Source: Abditibacteriaceae bacterium
GTDB taxonomy: Bacteria; Armatimonadota; Abditibacteriia; Abditibacteriales; Abditibacteriaceae
Direction: 5' to 3'
NCBI GenBank assembly: GCA_965277285.1
Contig: OZ255721.1
Coordinates: 1,120,001 to 1,184,000 of the forward strand
DNA: 64,000 nucleotides
Made by a program: the position numbers and the translations under genes. Below the pieces are notes generated by a model that was given only the letters and a program-made list of their open reading frames with translations, was not told where the DNA came from and did not search any database. Below, in pieces: positions 58,776 through 64,000 of this stretch; the first letter of the stretch is position 1; every line of letters starts with the position of its first letter.

Positions 58776-59442
58776 TTTTCAAAACCGCGCGCACCGGCTT
58801 GAAGGTGCGGCGGTGAATCGCGCAGGCGCCGTGTTCTTGCAAAGCGCGCAAATGTTGCGGCGAACCGTAACCTTTATGTTGCGCAAAGCCGTACTGGGGA
58901 AATTGCGCGTCGAAGTCAATCATCAAGCGGTCGCGCCACACTTTGGCGACAACTGACGCCGCGGCGATTGACAACGATTTCGTGTCGCCTTTGACAATCG
59001 CTTCGTAAGGCCAGACGGCTTCGTCATACGGCAAACCGTCGATCAGAACGTGATCGACGGCGAAACGAGTACTCGATTGAGTGGAAGTTCGTTCACACAA
59101 ATCGTCAACCGCGTTTTGCATCGCTTTCCACGAGGCTTGGCGAATGTTGATTTGATCAATGGTTAGTGCATCGACAACGCCAATTCCCCAGCGCGCCTTT
59201 TGCGTAATTTCGTCGAAAAGTAGTTCGCGCAAAGCAGGCTTCAATTGCTTGGAATCGTTGAGAAGTAAAAAATGTGGCGAGGAAAAGTTTGGGGGAAGAA
59301 CGACGGCGGCGGCGGCGACCGGCCCAGCCAAAGGCCCGCGACCCGCTTCATCCACGCCTGCAATGAACTGTAAACCTTGCGTCCACAGTTTACGTTCACG
59401 GGAGAAATCAGGACGCGGCTTCACGGTTCGATGCGCCACCAT
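58762..59442 (-). CDS. rnhB: Ribonuclease HII
   Basis: GVDEAGRGPLAGPV, NDSKQL, KGD, IAAASVVAKV, HKGY. Confidence 0.95.
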   Translation of the reverse strand: MVAHRTVKPRPDFSRERKLWTQGLQFIAGVDEAGRGPLAGPVAAAAVVLPPNFSSPHFLLLNDSKQLKPALRELLFDEITQKARWGIGVVDALTIDQINIRQASWKAMQNAVDDLCERTSTQSSTRFAVDHVLIDGLPYDEAVWPYEAIVKGDTKSLSIAAASVVAKVWRDRLMIDFDAQFPQYGFAQHKGYGSPQHLRALQEHGACAIHRRTFKPVRAVLKNERS

Positions 59443-59443
59443 T

Positions 59444-60418
59444 TTACGGATTAGTTGGAATTGAGGCGCCCTGTTTTTTTGTGCTGACAGGAACGACGCC
59501 AGAAGATGAAGGCGCCGGATTAGCGCCCAAACTCATTCTGTCCAAAGTTCCGATGCGACTGGGCGGCCAGAAAACGCACATCGCTTTACCGACCAGGTTG
59601 GCGCGCGGCACAAAACCCCAAACGTGACCATCGGATGAATTGTTGCGGTGATCGCCCAGCATCAAAAACATCCCAAGCGGCACTGCTTCGGGCTTGGCGT
59701 TGGTGATTTCGTCTTGCTGTTCTGGCGGCACAACAACGAGCGGTGGAACTTCGGAACCGCTGGATGTCGGCTGATAATGCCATTGTCCATTGGGGCCATA
59801 AGCCGGAACGTCAGGCGCCGAATACTCGCGCGAATACATTTTGCCGTCCACAATCTTCATGTCGTAAGAATACGAAAGACCGGTTGAATCGCTCGGACTC
59901 CACTTCACATAAGGCTCTTTCAGCACCACGCCATTGCGATAATAGGTGCGCGTCGCCGTCGCGTAAACCACATCGCCGGGCAAACCGATGCAGCGCTTGA
60001 TGTAATCGTCATCCGAGGATTCGCCAGGTTGCAGCGCTTGCGGTGGCGGCTGAAACACGACGACATCACCGCGCTGCGGATCGCGCAAGCGATAAATCCA
60101 GCGCGCCGCCAGCAAGCGATCTTGAACCGGCGTCCATTGCAGAGTATTTTCCATCGAGCCGCTGGGAATATAAAACGGCTGCAAAATAAAAGGCTGCACA
60201 ACAAAAAACACCAAGCCAATCGTAATTAGCAGCGAATCGAGCGTTTCGGCCCAGCCAGAACCTGATTCATTGCTTTGAGTACTCGATGTCGCACGAGAAC
60301 GCGAACGAGGCGCGCATTGCGGCGCTTCCACAAAATACAGCACCACGCGAATGGTCAGCAAAACAGCGAAAATTCCGATTTTCCAAGGCCACGAAGAAAG
60401 AAGCGCCATGTAGTTCAT
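59444..60418 (-). CDS. lepB: Signal peptidase I (tandem copy 2)
   Basis: IPSGSMENTL, YIKRCIGLPGD, LGDHRNNSSDG. Confidence 0.9.
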   Translation of the reverse strand: MNYMALLSSWPWKIGIFAVLLTIRVVLYFVEAPQCAPRSRSRATSSTQSNESGSGWAETLDSLLITIGLVFFVVQPFILQPFYIPSGSMENTLQWTPVQDRLLAARWIYRLRDPQRGDVVVFQPPPQALQPGESSDDDYIKRCIGLPGDVVYATATRTYYRNGVVLKEPYVKWSPSDSTGLSYSYDMKIVDGKMYSREYSAPDVPAYGPNGQWHYQPTSSGSEVPPLVVVPPEQQDEITNAKPEAVPLGMFLMLGDHRNNSSDGHVWGFVPRANLVGKAMCVFWPPSRIGTLDRMSLGANPAPSSSGVVPVSTKKQGASIPTNP

Positions 60419-60425
60419 AAATGGT

Positions 60426-61319
60426 TTATTGCGTCATCGAAAGTGCTGAGCCAGAATTGTTTGTGGGTGTGACGCGCGGATGTTCGCTCATATTGTCCAG
60501 CGTTCCCACGCGATTGGGCGGCCAGAACACGCACATCGCCTTGCCGACGAACGCTTCGCGCGGCACCAAACCCCAAGCGTGACTGTCATTGGAATCGTTG
60601 CGATGATCGCCTAAAACCAAATACTTGCCTTCAGGAATTGGTTCAGAATTGGCCGCTTCAATCGCACCCTGATTCTCATACGGTGGAAACTCGGCACCGA
60701 AATTGTCGCGCCCAACCGCGCCTTCTTCTTGCCAGAAACCCGGCGCATTCGCACTCGCGTACTCGCGCGAGTAAACCTTGCCGCCGACAATTTTCATGTC
60801 GTAACCATAGAGCGGTAAACCGGTGCTCCATTTCGCATATGGTTCTTGCAACGGCACAAACGTATTTGTGCCGCGCGCCTTGCGAAAATAGCGCCGGTTC
60901 TGCACCACAATCACATCGCCCGGCGCGCCGATGCAGCGCTTGATATATTCATCGCCTTGTTTCGCATGCGCTTTTTCCGGAGGCGTAAACACCACGACAT
61001 CGCCGAAACGCGGCCCACGCACACGATAAATCCATTTGGCGACGAGCAATCGGTCGCCCGTCGGCTGCCATTGCAGCGTGTTCTCCATCGAGCCACTGGG
61101 AATGTAAAACGCTTGTAGCAAAAACGGCTGAATGATAAAAAAGACCAGGCCGAACGCAATCGCTGTCGCATCTAAAACTTCCAGCAAGCCGCGCACATGA
61201 TCGTCATTCTGCGTCGTGCTTTCCGCTGTCGGCGCCGTCAAATGCCGCACAAATTCGCGCGTCAGAACAATCGCGCCAATGACAGCGATTTTCCACAACC
61301 ACGAATCCATGCTGAACAT
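60426..61319 (-). CDS. lepB: Signal peptidase I (tandem copy 1)
   Basis: IPSGSMENTL, YIKRCIGAPGD, LGDHRNDSNDS. Confidence 0.9.
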   Translation of the reverse strand: MFSMDSWLWKIAVIGAIVLTREFVRHLTAPTAESTTQNDDHVRGLLEVLDATAIAFGLVFFIIQPFLLQAFYIPSGSMENTLQWQPTGDRLLVAKWIYRVRGPRFGDVVVFTPPEKAHAKQGDEYIKRCIGAPGDVIVVQNRRYFRKARGTNTFVPLQEPYAKWSTGLPLYGYDMKIVGGKVYSREYASANAPGFWQEEGAVGRDNFGAEFPPYENQGAIEAANSEPIPEGKYLVLGDHRNDSNDSHAWGLVPREAFVGKAMCVFWPPNRVGTLDNMSEHPRVTPTNNSGSALSMTQ

Positions 61320-61405
61320 AGAAAAAGGTCAGAGGTTCGGGTCAAAGGCCAAAGGAAATTGCGCAATCTCGTTTGACCTCTGAACCCAAACCTCTGACCT
61401 GCTGT

Positions 61406-61756
61406 TTACGCCTTTTCTTTGATGCGCAATGCTTTGCTGCCGATGCGACCGCGCAGGTAATACAACTTGGCGCGACGGACTTTGCCCTTGCGACGCACTT
61501 CGATTTTCTCCAATCGCGGCGAATGCAGCAAAAACGTCCTTTCGATGCCGATGCCTTGCGTGACGCGGCGCACGGTAAAGGTTTCGCCGACGCCGCCTCC
61601 CGCACGCGCCGTGCAAGTGCCTTCAAAAGCCTGAACGCGCTCGCGCGTGCCTTCGACAACTTTCACGTTGACGCGCAACGTATCGCCCGGGCCAAATTGC
61701 GGCAAGGCGGTCTGCAAATGTCTGGCTTCCACAGCTTCAATCAAATTCTGGTTCAT
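61406..61756 (-). CDS. rplS: 50S ribosomal protein L19
   Basis: [29 protein letters not shown]. Confidence 0.97.
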   Translation of the reverse strand: MNQNLIEAVEARHLQTALPQFGPGDTLRVNVKVVEGTRERVQAFEGTCTARAGGGVGETFTVRRVTQGIGIERTFLLHSPRLEKIEVRRKGKVRRAKLYYLRGRIGSKALRIKEKA

Positions 61757-62546
61757 CGTTTTCTCCCGCGCCATCGCGCTTTTTTTCAATGTTTTCGCGC
61801 TCCAACTGCGCGAGAGTTTCCAAATCGGCTTTCGACCAATTCGAGTACTCGATTCCGTCCACTAAATCGCGGCGCCGCAAATACGTTCGTCGCAAACCTT
61901 CGCGCCGCCGCCACTTTGCAATTTCGCCGTGATGCCCGCTCAGCAAAACATCCGGCACTTTTTGTCCGCGCCATTCCTGCGGTCGCGTGTAATGCGGCGC
62001 TTCCAGCAAGCCGTCTTCAAACGAATCGCTTTGCGCCGATTGCTCGTTTCCCAACACGCCAGGAATCAATCGAGCAATCGCGTCCATGATTACCAACGCC
62101 GCCCCTTCTCCGCCGGTCAAGACGTAATCGCCAATCGAAATTTCATCGGTGACCAGCGTTTCGACCGCGCGTTCGTCAATTCCTTCGTAATGCCCGCACA
62201 AAAAAGCCACGCGAGAATGCTGGCTCAATTCGCGCGCGACCTGTTGAGAAAATGGGCGACCTTGCGGCGACATCAACACAACCGGACACGGCGGACTTGC
62301 GCCCGACACAGCGTCCCATTTTAACACATCTTCCATCGCGCGCGCTATAGGTTCGGCTTTCATCACCATGCCCGCGCCGCCGCCATACGGAACATCATCG
62401 CAAACGTGATGTTTGTCCGTCGTCCAGGCGCGAATATCATGCACGCCGATTTCGAGTACTCGATTCGTCTGTGCGCGCCCCAAAATGCTGCTTTCCAACG
62501 GGCTTGTGAAAAAATTGGGAAACAGCGTAAAAATATCAAAGCGCAT
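61737..62546 (-). CDS. trmD: tRNA (guanine37-N1)-methyltransferase
   Basis: [41 protein letters not shown]. Confidence 0.96.
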   Translation of the reverse strand: MRFDIFTLFPNFFTSPLESSILGRAQTNRVLEIGVHDIRAWTTDKHHVCDDVPYGGGAGMVMKAEPIARAMEDVLKWDAVSGASPPCPVVLMSPQGRPFSQQVARELSQHSRVAFLCGHYEGIDERAVETLVTDEISIGDYVLTGGEGAALVIMDAIARLIPGVLGNEQSAQSDSFEDGLLEAPHYTRPQEWRGQKVPDVLLSGHHGEIAKWRRREGLRRTYLRRRDLVDGIEYSNWSKADLETLAQLERENIEKKRDGAGENDEPEFD

Positions 62547-62562
62547 AATGGAAAGAAGCCCC

Positions 62563-62934
62563 TTACCAATCGCGCCATTCACTGGCCAGACCTTCGCCGT
62601 CACCATACTTGTTCGGATCCATTCCTACTTTTCTGGCTATCAAGTCAATCAATGGACATAGTTCTTCGCGTTCGCCCGTTTCGATTAAGGCACCGTCGGT
62701 TTCGTCGTTCAATTCATTAAGCGATTCGACGGCGATTTTGAACTTCCCGATTTTATCTTCTTCGCGCGCCTCTTCGCCCAACTTGATAAGTTCTGCAATT
62801 AAGTCGTCGAAAATCCCTCTGGCTGCGTTGCAATTTTCTTCTGTATATTGTTCCAATCCGTGCGCTTCGCCTTCGCGCCAACGAGCAAAAGGATAATTCG
62901 TTTTCGTCTCCAGCAAATTCGATTCGTAACTCAT
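62563..62934 (-). CDS. Acidic helical hypothetical protein
   Basis: AAAGGAG before MSYESN; IETGEREELC...EWRDW C-terminus. Confidence 0.65.
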   Translation of the reverse strand: MSYESNLLETKTNYPFARWREGEAHGLEQYTEENCNAARGIFDDLIAELIKLGEEAREEDKIGKFKIAVESLNELNDETDGALIETGEREELCPLIDLIARKVGMDPNKYGDGEGLASEWRDW

Positions 62935-62960
62935 CGTTTCTCCTTTTGCCGCCGCGAAGT

Positions 62961-63344
62961 TCAACCTTTCAGCTTCAGCCACGCCGTCCACATCGTGTAA
63001 AGTCCGGCGACGACCGCAAAAATGCCGAAGGCGAAAGAAAGTTGCGCACCGTTGATTCGGTTGGCGTATTTGCCGCCTAACCAGCCGCCAATCAGCAACA
63101 TCGAGCCGATGATGGCCGCGGCACGAATATCGACGTTGCCCTTCCTCCAGTACTCGTAAACCGCGCCGATGCCCAACGGCGGCAGCAAACACGCCAAGCT
63201 GGTTCCCGTCGCTTTGTGCTGCGTAAATCCCAGGATGTAAACCAGCGCGGGAACAATGACTAACCCGCCGCCGATGCCGAAGAATCCTGCGGCGACGCCA
63301 GCAATTAAACCCGTCAGCAACAAAAGGAAAAACGAAGTGTCCAT
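62961..63344 (-). CDS. Sulfite exporter TauE/SafE family protein (half-size)
   Basis: AGFFGIGGGLVIVP, QHKATGTSL. Confidence 0.85.
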   Translation of the reverse strand: MDTSFFLLLLTGLIAGVAAGFFGIGGGLVIVPALVYILGFTQHKATGTSLACLLPPLGIGAVYEYWRKGNVDIRAAAIIGSMLLIGGWLGGKYANRINGAQLSFAFGIFAVVAGLYTMWTAWLKLKG

Positions 63345-63378
63345 AATTATTTCCAACACCAGGAGGCCGAGCAAACTC

Positions 63379-63455
63379 GTAGGGGCGCCAGCTTGCTGCG
63401 CCCGTTTTCTGCAATCGTGTACTCGAGCGCGGGCGCAGCAAGCTGGCGCCCCTAC
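63379..63455. repeat. GTAG-type REPIN (two inverted REPs)
   Basis: gtaggggcgccagcttgctgcgcccg...cgggcgcagcaagctggcgcccctac; palindrome variant in the spacer. Confidence 0.8.
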
Positions 63456-63476
63456 AATTTCTTCGCGCCGCAGCGG

Positions 63477-63998
63477 TTAATCTTCATCCGTGCGTAAACC
63501 TGGTTTATCGCGCACAACGACGGTTCGATTTTCCCAATCGCGCTTCACAATGAATTCGTCGTGCGCCGGAATCATGGCGCGCGGCGTGACATAAACATCG
63601 TGCGCCGGAGTTTCCAAGATTTCCTCGACTTCACCCAAATCATCGCCGTTTTCCGTGACGACTTTCATTCCCAGAACATCGGTCACGTAAAACTCGCCTT
63701 CGGGAAGTTCTGGACGCATCGAACGATGAATGAAAAGTTCTGCACCTTGCAAACTTTGCGCTTGTTCCGCCGTGTTCAATCCGACATCGAGAATGAAAGT
63801 ATGACCTATAGCGCGCGAATTTTTCACCTGCAACATTTGGCGTTTGCCGTCTTGAACGACGCAAAAACGCGCGCCCGCAGCGAATCGCTTGGGCGCCTCA
63901 GAAAACGGTTTCACTTTGAGGTGCGCGCGATCCCAATTGCCGATCACGCGTCCCACCAAAACATCCCACGTCGCCAAATCTTCCACAGAATTATTCAT
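63477..63998 (-). CDS. rimM: Ribosome maturation factor RimM (start at the window edge)
   Basis: LPEGEFYVTDVLGMKV, ILETPAHDVYV, MIPA; upstream of trmD-rplS. Confidence 0.9.
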   Translation of the reverse strand: MNNSVEDLATWDVLVGRVIGNWDRAHLKVKPFSEAPKRFAAGARFCVVQDGKRQMLQVKNSRAIGHTFILDVGLNTAEQAQSLQGAELFIHRSMRPELPEGEFYVTDVLGMKVVTENGDDLGEVEEILETPAHDVYVTPRAMIPAHDEFIVKRDWENRTVVVRDKPGLRTDED

Positions 63999-64000
63999 CA

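Larger units (their letters stand above)
107..63426. repeat. Dispersed highly iterated 12-bp palindrome TCGAGTACTCGA (extended consensus WTCGAGTACTCGAW)
   Basis: Perfect copies start at 1352, 2007, 3943, 5244, 6213, 6701, 7819, 8674, 12324, 17386, 19166, 20046, 22251, 23669, 24585, 28773, 30502, 31839, 34361, 35511, 36773, 37811, 39095, 40185, 41123, 41785, 44891, 46055, 46698, 52354, 53557, 54197, 55912, 56990, 61841, 62452. One-mismatch copies start at 107, 1029, 2682, 3075, 3424, 17694, 18561, 23000, 29674, 32767, 33762, 36104, 37308, 38044, 44235, 45020, 47909, 49098, 54006, 54697, 57987, 59065, 60275, 63415 (manual scan). Confidence 0.97.

Noticed and set aside
107..63426. CRISPR array or cloning-linker explanation for the recurring TCGAGTACTCGA
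   Set aside because: Copies are dispersed about 1 kb apart with no repeat-spacer period and no cas genes. They sit in frame within intact conserved genes and show natural one-mismatch variants, which argues against ligated linkers.
62563..63441. 292-aa ORF as one gene
   Set aside because: Its 5' part overlaps the TauE gene in another frame and a REP element. A strong RBS supports a start at 62934.

Overview
This is 64 kb of a moderately GC-rich bacterial chromosome. Gene content and order suggest a Terrabacteria lineage, possibly Armatimonadota/Abditibacteriota (inference only). Most of it is housekeeping: gltA, an aminotransferase, def, fmt-rsmB-lepB, mtnP, uvsE, birA, nadC, kptA, mutM, accA/accD, pheA, a hit-yqeY-phoH-pgpH-ybeY-CNNM-CNNM operon, pyrG and rimM-trmD-rplS-lepB-lepB-rnhB. 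The accessory parts are: (i) an ~9 kb block between def and fmt (P-loop kinase + Thg1-like pair, GH16, integrase remnant, and a PqqD/RRE-Tat-spike-like protein next to a HEXXH protein); (ii) a secreted protein with 399-bp tandem repeats; (iii) a type III-like R-M locus whose Res gene is split by an IS5-family element. The most striking signal is not a gene. The 12-bp palindrome TCGAGTACTCGA occurs 36 times perfectly and about 24 times with one mismatch (counted by eye), or about one per 1.1 kb against ~0.004 perfect copies expected by chance. It lies inside core genes in all three frames, in intergenic hairpins and next to start codons, and it is depleted from apparently recently acquired DNA. 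It behaves like cyanobacterial HIP1 but has a different sequence. Several REP/REPIN-like hairpin families also fill the intergenic spaces. I recognised no rRNA, tRNA or CRISPR array.
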